Below are positions 41,846 through 53,400 of a DNA stretch of 64,000 nt, piece after piece (positions within the stretch are counted from its first letter, which is position 1; each line of letters opens with the position of its first letter). Made by a program: the position numbers and the translations under genes. Under the pieces are notes generated by a model. It was given only the letters and a program-made list of their open reading frames with translations. It was not told where the DNA came from and searched no databases. Origin of the DNA: Porphyridium purpureum. Lineage: Eukaryota. The stretch lies in contig VRMN01000006.1 in NCBI GenBank assembly GCA_008690995.1, positions 186,001 to 250,000 of the forward strand. The letters are read 5' to 3'.

Positions 41846-44581
41846 ATGGTTGATGGAGTGATGGGGTCGTTGGAGCAAGGGCTCGCAGGCGCCCTGAAGC
41901 GGTGGGAGGATTTGGAGAGCGCGTCGAGCGCGGAGCGCGGCTCGGCGCCGTTGTGCGTGCTGGATGCGAACCCCACGGCCACAGAGACGGCGCCAAGTTG
42001 CACAGACAGCCCGACGTGTGGCCCACATGCCGCGCTGCCGAGCGCGCAGGGTGCGCAGGGCGTGCCGTGCGTGCCGAGTATGACAGCGTCGCAGCAGTTC
42101 CAACAGAGCCAGCGGCAGCTTGCGGGCGTGGAGGCAGGAACTGCGGCGCGCCAAGCTCACGTCGTGGGTCATGGCCAGGCGATGGGGCATAGCCACGGTC
42201 AGGTTCAGATTCCGTCCATGCCAGAGAATTTCCTCCAAGGACCTGACTTGCTTCGCACGTGGAGGCATCCAGAACTGAGCAGCATCGGAAGTACTGGAAG
42301 CAGAGCTCCCCGACTGCCGTCGGATTCCGGGCAGCACAACGCACCAGTACGCGCCGCTCCACAGCCGTCTCAGCCGGGACGCCCCGCACCTCAACGCGCT
42401 GAATCTCAGTCTATGTATGGGCGTGATCCCACTTCCGGCAACACAGGGCTCGCGGCTGCCATGAGCGCATCCGGGCATCATCTCAAGACTTTCCCGGCGT
42501 ACACACCATCTCGCTCTTCAAGTGGAATGGAATCAAACTGGCAGCACCCGCCTACATCTGGGGAAAGCAGGTCACAGATTGCAAGCACAGATACCACTGC
42601 AAACAGAACGAGCTCCGCAGTGATGAACGGAAGTGATAGCAACGGTCGCTGCCCAATTCTTAGGCTACGCGATAATCCACGCATTGCGAAAAACGTGGAG
42701 AAGCTGGATCCGGATGAATTACCCTTGTGGGCATTGGCCAAGTGCTGTGGCCATACTGCGGACAATGTTGATGTCAACGCGGCGCGCAACGCAATCCTGA
42801 ACTTTGCGAGCTTCTCTGACGAAGAGGCCAAAATGGATGCGTACTACGCGATGAAGACCTGGACGAAGAAAGACCTTGACCTGATAGCGTGGGCGCTGGA
42901 CCTAGTGCGCACGGGTAAAAAGCGCGACGAACTTGTGAACATGGTGATCTCATTTTTGGCGGAACCGGCGGGAAGACGGGCGAACCCGCGCGTTGCGGCG
43001 ATGCCCTCAGCGAGGGGAAGCAAGCGCTTTGGACACAGCGTGGTTTGCAGCAACGGTCTGGCTAGTAATGCATCCAGCACGATCCGTCGGATTGAGTATG
43101 ACGATCGAGGTGTTCCACTGCATGCAGATTTGCGCGAATACATTAACTCATCGAAAATGCGGCGACTTTCGTCGCCGCAGCAGGCACCCAGTATAAACGG
43201 GAATAACGGCTCCGCTCCAGCTGCGCGGCGTGGGAGTAGTGCCACTACTCTCGCCCAAATGCCAGAGCCATCATCCATCGCGACTCCGCCTAGTCGGTTT
43301 GGGAACATTTCGCAGTATGAACTTAACAAAATAGTAAGTCCAATATCGCGGCACGGAATAGCGACCGTACGAGACTTGCTATCGCAGCCCTTTGACGAAA
43401 AGGAGAGTGAGTGGGATTTGTGTGTCAGCAAACCTCTGTCAATCGCGTGTATGAACGTGTCACTTAGTGCCGGCTTGCAAAGGCTTGCAGTGCTGACATT
43501 CAAAGTGCCGCGTCTAGCCTGCTCCTCTCCTTCCAGCGAGAAGGGTGGGCGTATTCATCTCAGATGCCGTCAGGCTGATTTTGCGAAGCAACCCTCGTTG
43601 TACAAGTTTTGCTGGCCCTTTCCGTGTAGTGCGCGCGAAACTCGAAGAGACCGGCTTCTGTCGCTGAAGCAGGCTCAGCGATACACGAACGGAAAAGAGG
43701 TGGGCAGTGATCAATCGACGGACATCACTGACGGGATTCTTGGGCGCGAGGGAGATACTGTGTCGATCTTGTTCGAACGGAACTCGAATTTACCACTGAA
43801 GGGTAGTTGCAGGTTTGTGGTATATGCATGCGTGGTGGAAACCCGGACATATGCGCATGTGCTGGATAAAGTGCGAGAGCAGTCGAAAACGTATTACGAC
43901 GGTTTAACGGACCGGGCGAGAAGGGCCGAGTTGGAATTGGCCAGACTACGGGAAGATGGTAGCACATCGGGCACGGGTGACGACGACGATCTCGTGGTGG
44001 ATAACTTGGTGATCAGTTTGAAATGTCCACTTTCGCTTGTACGCATCAAAACGCCCGTAAGGAGCACGCAATGCACGCACATGCAGTGCTTTGACCTCAC
44101 GACTTTTGTTGACTATTCCAAGCAGACTCTCAAGATGGATTGCCCCGTTTGCAACAAGCCAGCGAGATGTATGCCTTCTCTGCTTGTGATTTCGCATGTC
44201 TTCGAGCAACTCTTGGTCGACTTTGCCCACGCAGACGAAGTCAGCTTCAATCCGCGCACGCAGGTCTTTTCTGACGTTCGACCCTCTGCGCGAAGTAGAA
44301 ACGCCGAGGCGTCTGACAGCGATGACGATGATGGCGGAGCTATGCATCGAAGCGGGGTAAAGGCTGAGCAGGTTGAAGCAGCAACTCCAGGGTTGCCTTT
44401 GAGCGAGTGTGTCGATCTCACTGATGAAGCGTCTCCGCGACACCATGTACTGCCTGTGTCCTCGTCCTACGGGACCTGCGCGGTTCCTTCGCAATATAGG
44501 AGCTTGAGTGCAAGCTTATCGCCAGGACCGCCGCACTGGAGCACAACTGATGTAGATGTGATCGTCATTGACTCGGACTAA
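41846..44581 (+). CDS. SIZ1: SIZ/PIAS-type SUMO E3 ligase (SP-RING / zf-MIZ)
   Basis: ISLKCPLSLVRIKTPVRSTQCTHMQCFD..CPVC, a SAP-like helix (KKDLDLIAWALDLVRTGKKRDELVNMV) and SIM-like VDLT and VIVIDSD. Start uncertain. Confidence 0.85.
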   Translation: MVDGVMGSLEQGLAGALKRWEDLESASSAERGSAPLCVLDANPTATETAPSCTDSPTCGPHAALPSAQGAQGVPCVPSMTASQQFQQSQRQLAGVEAGTAARQAHVVGHGQAMGHSHGQVQIPSMPENFLQGPDLLRTWRHPELSSIGSTGSRAPRLPSDSGQHNAPVRAAPQPSQPGRPAPQRAESQSMYGRDPTSGNTGLAAAMSASGHHLKTFPAYTPSRSSSGMESNWQHPPTSGESRSQIASTDTTANRTSSAVMNGSDSNGRCPILRLRDNPRIAKNVEKLDPDELPLWALAKCCGHTADNVDVNAARNAILNFASFSDEEAKMDAYYAMKTWTKKDLDLIAWALDLVRTGKKRDELVNMVISFLAEPAGRRANPRVAAMPSARGSKRFGHSVVCSNGLASNASSTIRRIEYDDRGVPLHADLREYINSSKMRRLSSPQQAPSINGNNGSAPAARRGSSATTLAQMPEPSSIATPPSRFGNISQYELNKIVSPISRHGIATVRDLLSQPFDEKESEWDLCVSKPLSIACMNVSLSAGLQRLAVLTFKVPRLACSSPSSEKGGRIHLRCRQADFAKQPSLYKFCWPFPCSARETRRDRLLSLKQAQRYTNGKEVGSDQSTDITDGILGREGDTVSILFERNSNLPLKGSCRFVVYACVVETRTYAHVLDKVREQSKTYYDGLTDRARRAELELARLREDGSTSGTGDDDDLVVDNLVISLKCPLSLVRIKTPVRSTQCTHMQCFDLTTFVDYSKQTLKMDCPVCNKPARCMPSLLVISHVFEQLLVDFAHADEVSFNPRTQVFSDVRPSARSRNAEASDSDDDDGGAMHRSGVKAEQVEAATPGLPLSECVDLTDEASPRHHVLPVSSSYGTCAVPSQYRSLSASLSPGPPHWSTTDVDVIVIDSD

Positions 44582-44770
44582 TACTTGCGTTCGATGTCTT
44601 TGCGGTGTGCAGAAGGCGATGCTACAAAGATTTCCGAGTGGTTATTCAGGATGAACATCATGCGTCCTGATGCGTCGAGCAAGAAAGTTTAGCGTTTGAA
44701 AGGGACCACGTTGACGCAAGCACGTTCAATCCTTCTGGTCCCTGTCAAACCGTTTTATGGTTGATGCTAA

Positions 44771-47701
44771 TTACACGAAACGTAGGCTGAGCTCGGACAG
44801 CTTAGCACCGAAATGCGTGGCAGCTACACCCTCCTTCATCACTTCGGCAAACGTGACAAGCAATCGTGCCGAGTGAGTGCGCTCGGCGACGATGTCGCTC
44901 ATGCAAGTGCCTGACTCGACAGCACTGGTGCGCACTCGATCTTTCATGTCAAGAAGATGACACAAGCAGTCGAGACACACTACTGCTATGTCTGCAATAC
45001 ATCGCGGAACGCTTCGCTGGTCAAACTTTGACGCGGCTTTAAATGACTGCGCAAGCGACATAACTTCAGCCTCAGAAGCTGGGAGTAACTTTGCTTCTAT
45101 GGCGTTCCGAATAGCATCTTCGTATTGCTTCTGGTAATACAGAACAAGTACCTGATTCACGCCGAGAAGAACCTCCAACGAAGATCGAAATGTTTCGTCT
45201 TCCCGGTTCAAATGCGTGTCTCGAAATCGCCTCAAATACATCCTGCACATAGATAGCAGCCGGCCGTGAACCGAGGATGAGAGCAGTGGCTGCATAAATA
45301 AGAGTGCTTCTGTCACTTCCTTCAATAAAACGGCAAAAACCATGCCGGGGGCACCCGCTTTTTCAAACAACTCGACGGCGCTATGGACTCGCCGCTCTTC
45401 GAGCATCATCCGAGCAAGTGCGAAGGCAACTCGTGCGCAAACAGCTTTAGCCTTCTCTGGGCTGTAACCTGCAGAGATTAGGATACTCTCGTACGAGCTA
45501 GGCAACGAGCCAGAGGTCAACAGCATTTCAAAATCCTTGGTGGTTGCGAAAAGCAAAAGCTGCAATTCCAACTCTTCGCTCAGATCATCTTCAGAAAGTA
45601 TCTGGCCAGACGTGCTGTGCCTGCGAGTTTTAAGGCTCAAGCAATACGTCAGTGCGAGGTCCAACCGATCATCTGCAAAGCACAGCATGTAAGACCACAG
45701 AAGGGTAGCGTATGTGTCGTCGCTCAACGAGTGCAAGTCGCTAAATCTCGCAAGATAAAAGAGATGCACTGTATCCTCGATTAGGCGCAACAAACGGCGA
45801 CATAGATCGACGGGAGTTGCGGGACTTTTCAGGTTCCTGCTTCGGGGCGCAGTTCCGGCACACGCAGCCTGCACCTGCGCATCGAGCTCCACGACTTTTG
45901 CGATCACGCTACTGAGTGCGCCTTGGAAATCTCCGAGCACGAGCAAGATAAAAACGTACATGAGCATTGTGTCGTCGGCAAAGTTGGCTGCTCCAAAAGC
46001 CTTGACTTGATCAAGGACGCGTTGCTCGGGGCTCTGTCCTCCGGTAGGTGAGCTGATCACCACTAAATCTTTCAGTTCAGGCAGCACGGTGGGGCCAAAA
46101 ATGGAGGACATGGATGTGGACGAGTCGTGACCGGTTGAGGGGCACGGCCTTGTGCAAACTAAACGAAACCAGAGCCAGTCCTCCACGCTGTTCAGTCCAA
46201 GCTTGTAATCCTCCTCTGCGAGCTCAAGTCTTCCGGTCATTTCAAGACGGAACAGCACCGCGTAGCACAAGCGTCGAAACGTATCTCTGCCCTTGCGCAC
46301 GACTACCAAATACTCCTGAAACATTCGCTGCAGTGTCTTAGCATCTCGAATGACAAGCTCCGAGTCAGCGCACCACTCCTCAAAATACACGACAAACCCT
46401 CCAAGTTCAGGCTTGTCCGTGCCAGCTGCATTGGAAGCTCTGTTCAGCAGAAGCTGGGCGGACTTCAGGCTACCCGAGCGCAGGCAGAAAAACAGGGTCG
46501 CCCAGAACGGAAGCCCGTGAAAGGACACACACGAGCTGTCACGGCCGTGCGGTATGCGGGATGAACGGCACAACTGATTCACGAATTGCCCTACTTCCTC
46601 AAGGCGCTGTTCAGCCTGTTCTTGAGCCACTTCCAAATCATGATCGTCATTATTGGACAAAATCATGTTATGCAGAAAATGATTCTCCAACAGTGCCCGA
46701 GAAATGCCTGGCGGGTCCCCGAGACCCACTTTCGAGCGACTTTCTACTTTCAGACGCTCCCACAACTGCAATACGCGAATGCAGTTCAAAAGCATGCTCT
46801 TGTCTTTCGGTGTTTCCGCGAGCGCGCTTCTAAGCGCTCGCCCTCGGACACTTCTGAACAGCTCAACGCCCAACATGTTGCGATTACAGTCAGAAAGGGT
46901 GTACGAAGCACATACAGCGTCAACGTAGACAGGATCTGGAGCTACTCCAGCCAGCGAATGTGGAAGTTGTCCCAGTGTGCCACGATATGATTGCATCGAA
47001 GAAGCATCGGGTGTCCGTATCCAGACCCGCGGGTCCGCTGGTTTGTTTGCGATGCATACTTGTGCGATCCTGCTTAAATTTCCGCCGGTGCCAAAGTCAT
47101 TTGTGCGCTGCGTACCAGTCGGTACGCATTGTCTCTGTGCACTGGCATCCTGAAATTCATGCAGGAGCGCCCCATGCAATGCGATTCCGTCTGCTTCCAG
47201 CTGCCTCTCAAGTCGTCGATATGACGCGTTTGTACCCCAGCGCTGGAGTTGTTGTTGCCGATGAGCGCGCACTCCGGCACTCTGCAAGTTTGCATATTTC
47301 ACCACATCGTCACCTGCCTGGGCAAGAATGTCCTCAAACGCCCCCTCGATCGCGGACGAGCGGGCCGCTTGCATGCGCACGGCATCCAAGTTGCGCGAGA
47401 GCTGTGCGACTCCAAATCCGTGCTGTGCGAGCAACCGCGTTGCTGCTGCGCGCGTTGCGTTTTCACTCTGCAATGCACCGTATCGCGCATCGGTTGCGCG
47501 CTCGACTTCGGCGCGGATCTGCCCAAAACTTCGCGGCATACTCAAAGATAAGCGCGCCATCGATGCGTCATCGCCGCTTTTGTCTCCGTCCACGCGCCCC
47601 GCACGCAGACGCGTTACGGCCTGGCTGGTGTGAACGAGGCTTTCTAACTCTGGCGCTGTGCGCACCGCGCTCATACCCATTCCATCCATCCTAGCAACCA
47701 T
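44771..47701 (-). CDS. NUP93: Nucleoporin Nup93/Nic96-like
   Basis: MPRSFGQIRAE..ATRLLAQHG, GLPFWATLFFCLRSG, DTFRRLCYAVL and SVEDWLWFRL motifs. Confidence 0.8.
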   Translation of the reverse strand: MVARMDGMGMSAVRTAPELESLVHTSQAVTRLRAGRVDGDKSGDDASMARLSLSMPRSFGQIRAEVERATDARYGALQSENATRAAATRLLAQHGFGVAQLSRNLDAVRMQAARSSAIEGAFEDILAQAGDDVVKYANLQSAGVRAHRQQQLQRWGTNASYRRLERQLEADGIALHGALLHEFQDASAQRQCVPTGTQRTNDFGTGGNLSRIAQVCIANKPADPRVWIRTPDASSMQSYRGTLGQLPHSLAGVAPDPVYVDAVCASYTLSDCNRNMLGVELFRSVRGRALRSALAETPKDKSMLLNCIRVLQLWERLKVESRSKVGLGDPPGISRALLENHFLHNMILSNNDDHDLEVAQEQAEQRLEEVGQFVNQLCRSSRIPHGRDSSCVSFHGLPFWATLFFCLRSGSLKSAQLLLNRASNAAGTDKPELGGFVVYFEEWCADSELVIRDAKTLQRMFQEYLVVVRKGRDTFRRLCYAVLFRLEMTGRLELAEEDYKLGLNSVEDWLWFRLVCTRPCPSTGHDSSTSMSSIFGPTVLPELKDLVVISSPTGGQSPEQRVLDQVKAFGAANFADDTMLMYVFILLVLGDFQGALSSVIAKVVELDAQVQAACAGTAPRSRNLKSPATPVDLCRRLLRLIEDTVHLFYLARFSDLHSLSDDTYATLLWSYMLCFADDRLDLALTYCLSLKTRRHSTSGQILSEDDLSEELELQLLLFATTKDFEMLLTSGSLPSSYESILISAGYSPEKAKAVCARVAFALARMMLEERRVHSAVELFEKAGAPGMVFAVLLKEVTEALLFMQPLLSSSVHGRLLSMCRMYLRRFRDTHLNREDETFRSSLEVLLGVNQVLVLYYQKQYEDAIRNAIEAKLLPASEAEVMSLAQSFKAASKFDQRSVPRCIADIAVVCLDCLCHLLDMKDRVRTSAVESGTCMSDIVAERTHSARLLVTFAEVMKEGVAATHFGAKLSELSLRFV

Positions 47702-47814
47702 GCACTTCCGCGCAAACGCACGAACGGGAGTCTTCCTCACGTTCCCAGCAAACAAAAAATTCTGCGCAGACGGGTATTTGCTCACGTGAATGGGCGGCAG
47801 CCGAGGTGCGTGAG

Positions 47815-49683
47815 ATGGGTGTCACTGCAGCGCTTCTGAAGCGCGCGCACGCGTACCCATGGACTGCGCTGGCGGCCGCACAGGTGATGGTGCAGAGCCC
47901 CTCGTCTGCTTCTGCTGCGACGAAGACCGCAGCGTCCGTCGCAAGGTTTCCGCTTTCCGTTGAGACTCCTCTTCGAACGACACCAGGGAGGTCCGAGTCG
48001 AATCCGTACAACCGCATCTGGAGTGCCAGTGCTCGTAGCGTCGCAACTGCGGCAGCAACGCTGGCAGCCGTGTGGGGAGCCGGGATGTATGAGACTGGAT
48101 GGATGATTCACGCAGACCAAGGCGATGGACCATCCTCGAACGGCGAGCAGAAGCAAGGCGTTGGGCTCCAGATGTGTCTACAGGAACTGTGCGAGCATTT
48201 TAAGACGAGACCGCATGTGATCACGGCTGACCAGGATGAGCGCTCGAGCTTCTCGCGTGACCCGTCCTTCCACAACCCCGTTTTGCCGGACGCTGTTGTG
48301 CGACCAGAGAGTGTGGACGATGTTGTGGCCGTTGTCAAAGCATGCAGCAAGTATAAGGTGCCCATTATTCCATTTGGCGCCGGTACGTCGCTTGAAGGAC
48401 ATGTTATTCCGACCGAGTCGCGACGTGGGATAACCATGAGTCTTGCCGCGATGGATGCGATGCTCGAGTTCAGGCCGGAAGATATGACCGTGACTGTGCA
48501 ACCCGGGATGAGCTATAATGATTTGAACGAATGGTTGGAGCCCCACAGGTTGTTCTTCCCGCCGGACCCAGGTGCCGGTGCCCAAATTGGAGGCATGATC
48601 GGCACCAATTGCGGCGGGACCAATGCAGTGATGCACGGTTCAATGAAGGATAATGTACTGAGTCTGGAAGTTGTGCTTGCCAACGGGGACGTTATTCAGA
48701 CACGCAAAAATACTCGCAAGAGCTCAGCTGGGTACCAAATTACGAACCTGTTCGTCGGGTCTGAGGGCACGCTGGGCGTTGTAACTTCTGCCACGCTCAA
48801 GCTGTCACCGCTTCCAAAGACGAGTTCGGTGGTGCTCATGACCTTTGATTCTATTGGATCAGCAGCAGCATGCGCTGCGCATCTTGTGAGCAGCGGCGTG
48901 CCGCTTTCGCGTTGTGAATTGCTGGACGATGTCATGATTCGCGCCGTCAAGGTCACAGAGCCGCTGCCAGATGTGCCGGACGGCAGAACGGTGCTTCTAG
49001 TCGAGCTGGTGGGTACACCTGATCATGTCAAGACCAATGTTGAAATGGTGTCCAGCTGCGCGAGCGACTTTAAGGTGAAGTCTCTGCGTATGTCGCAGAA
49101 TGACGAAGAGCGTGAAGAGTTATGGCGGATCCGGAAGGTCGCCTACTGGAACACGTACAGCCTGCGCAGCGGGTGCGAGGTGTGGACGACAGACGTGTGC
49201 GTGCCTATTTCACGGCTCGCCGAGTGCATTGAACAGAGCCGTTCCGACTTTGCTCAAGCCGGCTTGATCGCGCCGGTGGTCGCGCACGCTGGAGACGGCA
49301 ACTTCCACTTCTTCATTCTGTTTGACCCTGCGAACAGCGCGGAAGTTGAGCTTGCGGCATCCGTGAACCGCAAGATGGTGCTGAGGGCGCTTGACATGGG
49401 CGGCACGTGCACTGGTGAACATGGCGTTGGCATGGGGAAGATGGAGTTCCTCGAGCCGGAACATGGCGAGCCGACGCTGAACCTCATGCGAAGCATCAAG
49501 CGCGCACTGGATCCAGACGAGCTGTTCAACCCCGGGAAGATCCTACCCGCCGCGCATCTGGCTAGCGAGCACGTTCCGCAGGGCGCACCGCCGTCCCCAC
49601 TGCCTCACACCGGCGCGTCTTGCTCCTCCTCCCTCACCCCCACCATCGACTCCCCCCACACCAAAACTGAAACCACGCGCTGA
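47815..49683 (+). CDS. DLD1: D-lactate dehydrogenase (cytochrome), FAD-linked oxidase, mitochondrial
   Basis: PFGAGTSLEGH, FFPPDPG, RKSSAGY, GSEGTLG, TDVCVPIS, HAGDGNFH, GTCTGEHGVG and LDP..LFNPGK. Confidence 0.93.
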   Translation: MGVTAALLKRAHAYPWTALAAAQVMVQSPSSASAATKTAASVARFPLSVETPLRTTPGRSESNPYNRIWSASARSVATAAATLAAVWGAGMYETGWMIHADQGDGPSSNGEQKQGVGLQMCLQELCEHFKTRPHVITADQDERSSFSRDPSFHNPVLPDAVVRPESVDDVVAVVKACSKYKVPIIPFGAGTSLEGHVIPTESRRGITMSLAAMDAMLEFRPEDMTVTVQPGMSYNDLNEWLEPHRLFFPPDPGAGAQIGGMIGTNCGGTNAVMHGSMKDNVLSLEVVLANGDVIQTRKNTRKSSAGYQITNLFVGSEGTLGVVTSATLKLSPLPKTSSVVLMTFDSIGSAAACAAHLVSSGVPLSRCELLDDVMIRAVKVTEPLPDVPDGRTVLLVELVGTPDHVKTNVEMVSSCASDFKVKSLRMSQNDEEREELWRIRKVAYWNTYSLRSGCEVWTTDVCVPISRLAECIEQSRSDFAQAGLIAPVVAHAGDGNFHFFILFDPANSAEVELAASVNRKMVLRALDMGGTCTGEHGVGMGKMEFLEPEHGEPTLNLMRSIKRALDPDELFNPGKILPAAHLASEHVPQGAPPSPLPHTGASCSSSLTPTIDSPHTKTETTR

Positions 49684-49905
49684 CCAGATGACAACGACAT
49701 CATCAAGGCATTCCAGAAGACCTGTCATCTTTATATATTTTCCAGCATCTCATTGTCATCTTTCAGTCAACATGCATAGTGTACAGTCATCTCACTGTAC
49801 ATCCAACATGCTGGCGCTTCTCTTTTTGTTTCTGTTTCGTTTGAGGCTGAAGGGCGGGAGCGGGGAAGAGGCAGGAAGCGGGGGAAGAAGAAAGAGGGTC
49901 TCGAG

Positions 49906-50295
49906 ATGTATCTGAAGAACGGACAGGTGGTAGAAGGCAGTGCGCCGGCGTCGGCGCCCGCCGCGTCTGGAGCGCAGGGAGCGCTGGGCGCGCCGACGGG
50001 AGGCGCGTGGTTTTCGGGCGTGGGCACGTGGAGCAGCTCGCTGCCGGGCGTGCTTGGTAATGTGGTTGATGGCGTCTACGCGTATTTCGCGTCGCTCGTG
50101 ATGCCCGGATGGGAGGCGCAGTATTCCACGGGTTATGCGGCCACGGGGCGTAGCTCATATGCTGGTGGAAGTGCGGCAGGGGGCAGTGGAGGCGCGGGCG
50201 GGCGCGCGCCGGGGCCAAGAATTTACGGAATGGGAAGTGTGCGCAGCTCTCAAGGCGCTGCCGGCGGCGGGTGCGCTCGCGGTCGTTGCGGGTAG
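49906..50295 (+). CDS. SELENOK: Selenoprotein K / SelG-like protein, Cys form
   Basis: MYLKNGQVVE N-terminus, single TM (VYAYFASLV), Gly-rich tail GPRIYGM and C-terminal CARGRCG-TAG. Confidence 0.75.
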   Translation: MYLKNGQVVEGSAPASAPAASGAQGALGAPTGGAWFSGVGTWSSSLPGVLGNVVDGVYAYFASLVMPGWEAQYSTGYAATGRSSYAGGSAAGGSGGAGGRAPGPRIYGMGSVRSSQGAAGGGCARGRCG

Positions 50296-50499
50296 GCTTG
50301 TGAGAAGTCGGTGGTCGTTCTCTCGGCACCAAGAGTGTGCTTCATTAAAGGAAGGGAATTTTTATGCATTTTCGTTTCCCTTTTTGTTTTCTTCGGGTCC
50401 CGCTTGAACGGCCGGAAATCCATTTTGGCGGAGCAGCGACAGCTGTACGGGATAACTGCGCGCAGTTGATACTGCCGACCACCTCGCACCGCCAGCTGC

Positions 50500-53300
50500 G
50501 CGCAGCAATCACGGAAAGTGACGGATGCAGCCATTCCCGGTTCCGAATCCAGTCCGGGGGCTGAGCGCGTATCGCGCGACACCACTTGGCCCGCTTCGTT
50601 CGGGAAGGAGAAGAACCCTGACAGCTATGGACCTGTCGATGAGTTTTCCGTACACTGGAAGAGCTCCGGCTTGAAGGCAGTACGCTCAACGACAATGTCG
50701 CTGCATTTGGCAAACCAGATGACGATGTGTAGATCTCCATGGGCCACGGCGAGTTCGCAAAAGACGCCGGTCGAGACGACGAGGAAAATCTGACGTTAGA
50801 TTCTGTGGGTCACGACAAAATACACCGTGCGCCGGCGCAGTTTGATGTTCCAAGAGACGCGCCCTCGTTGCTCTCACCCAGGAAGTGGAAGAAGACAGTC
50901 AGCGTCCAGCTGACAATCTCACAAGGTCGCAGAAGACGAAAAGATGAGCGGGGACGAGAACAGGGGGATTGCCGTGATCTTCCTGGTTTGCATGCTTTAG
51001 ACGAGTTGCCGAAGACACTGGAGCACGACATTCTAAAGGCTGTCCGCTGCGAGCTGCGATGGGAGCACCTGTCTCCGGATCAAGCGCACTGCATTGCAGT
51101 GGCACTGGAGAGGTTGGATCAGTTGGAATGACCCTGATACCCGTTCGCCAGCTGGCGACCTTAGTCGAAAGAGATGTGCTGCAACTCTTGTCTGCATGTG
51201 AGTTGAGCGTGCTGCTAGTTGCAGGGAGAAAGCCTCGTCATGAGGAGTTCAAGCAGCTACGACAAAAAAAGTAGTTCTCATTTTTTGATTGGCACGCTCG
51301 AACGCCTGATTGATTGGCTGAAAACACAAGCGTATGGGTCTCTGGTGCGTGTGTCTTGGTTTGTGCTCGACGAAAGAGGTCGTCTGCCGGATTTGTGGAC
51401 TTGGAAGCGCAGGTACGAGTCATCCTGAACCGAACAGGACCAGACCGACAACTGCTGCTTCTTTCGGCTGCACGCAGGCCGCTCAAATAAGCTCGTCGAT
51501 GAATTCTCTGCTGACATTGGTCCTCGCATTTGCATCCGGACCTGACGGGAATATGAGCTACGTATGCACTTGATCATGACTTGATTGGACAGCAATTTAA
51601 AGTCTTTGGTACTGAATGGAGACACCATGTAAGGCTTTGTGAAAACTTGCGGCTTGCCGGCCGGACAGGAGACGTTCAGACGTTCAAGAAATGTTCAGAC
51701 GAACAAGAGCACATCACTGTAAATCACACGGATAAGAGACTTCCTCCTCTGAAGCTCATCTTAGAGTTTCCTCGAGGCAGCTCCGCAGGGCTTGTGAACC
51801 CGCTGTGCGCATGTGTACTGCACCGCGAACTTGAAGGGCCGTGATCGTGCAGACGCCTGGAGTCATTTCAGCACCCGACTCAGACCCGTATTGGTCGCGT
51901 TCGCCTTGGCGGCTTGCGGCTTTCAAATCAACCGCGTTCGGCAGGTCAGCAACCACGTACCGCTTTCTTCAGTCCAAGTGCACATGCGTCGGCGTGGCCG
52001 CACTACGTGGGCCGGTGGACATGCTGTGGTGACCCGTTTGCTGCTGCGCACCAGGAAAGAAGAAGTGCTGTTCGCGAATGGCTTGGATGCCAAGCTATTG
52101 AAATCATGACGAGCACATTCGTGACTTGTGCGTCTGTCCGTCACTTGGAATCCTGCAGCTCCAAAAAACAAAAACAAAAAAAAATGGCGCGAGATTTAGC
52201 AGTTGGCGACACGAAACGCAGCGCTTGTTTCCAGGCTGGGATGCTGGTAAAGATGGTGTGTGAATGAAAGTCTGAGAACGAGAGAGGGAGAGGAAGACAG
52301 GCAGACCCGTTGGGTGGACGCTGGTCATGCCGCGCGCAGCGCGCCGCCGTGATCGCCTGGCTCGGAGGCGCCAGGCGATAGAGCGGTGTCGCAAGCACGA
52401 GCAGGTGGGGCACGTGCTGGAGGCTGCCATGCGGTGTCTGGTTGGTGCGATGGGCGCGGCAGCGGGCCCTCACGCAGGCGCGGGGACGGGAGAAAGTGGT
52501 CCTCATGCAGTATTGTCGTTGCGGGTGCCATCATTTTCACATCAGTCGCATCCTATGCAGTAACAGCATGCACGCCTACAAGGTGTGCCCCCGGCTCACC
52601 GCGAGCCCTTTCACGACCGAAGGAGCTTTGCGCTTGATGGCAATATGCACGCAACAAGACTGGAACTGAACGAATTTCTCCGCGACGTATTTGAACAGAC
52701 GTTAACGAGCGTACAAGACGTGCAGGATGCCGACGAACCGAAGTGGCCCGGCCGTGGAGGATTCTATAGCCGAGCGTTGTGCACTGAATACGTGCTTGAT
52801 GTGATTGGATATTTGCTCAGGGGTAGCAGCCGGGAAAGCTTCCGATAGAACATCATTTGGTGTGCGGTTTGCGAGCAGGCTCGTCCGTACTTCATTTCAG
52901 GATCTGTGATGACAGGGAGAATAGGGTACTTCTCAAACCATCTGACCAACCTGAACTCGCGGATGACCTTTGTGGTAGGGGCAAATGGAAGCGACAGGCA
53001 TTCTGGCCTCTCGGCACTAGCGATTTGATTCCGCATCGGTCTTGGATACGAGCGTCGTGACATTGGTGAAACGACTCGCTGACGCCGTTGCATATAGGAT
53101 AGCTTCGGGTATGCCGCCTCTGTGTTTTGCCCTTCAGGGCTTCTGAGAGGACATATTGTAGGCTGAGGTTATGTGGAGAGTCGTGCAATGTGTCCAAGGC
53201 CGCCTTTTGCTGAAAGCTTGAATAAGCGCCCGCGAGCCTGCGATGCTGGAGCACCTATAGTTGTATCACTTGCTTGCACAACGCCGTAAGTACGCTGAAG
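50500..53300 (+). pseudogene. Possible decayed coding sequence(s)
   Basis: A chain of short abutting plus-strand ORFs that shift frame (50739, 51059, 51219, 51581, 51813, 52585) in an otherwise densely packed region; no family recognised. Confidence 0.3.
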
Positions 53301-53400
53301 GATGCAAGACGCGTCTGCGGTTTGCCACAAACTCACACAGTAGCGCAGACCGCGATGAATTAGCCTGAGTTACTATCCGTGTGAGTCACCCGGCGCTTAA

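Noticed and set aside
41558..42481. Apparent large overlap between the MRS2 ORF (709 aa) and the SIZ1 ORF (1014 aa)
   Set aside because: The extensions are motif-free stop-free run-ups. Plausible ATGs at 41557 (minus) and 41846 (plus) remove the overlap.
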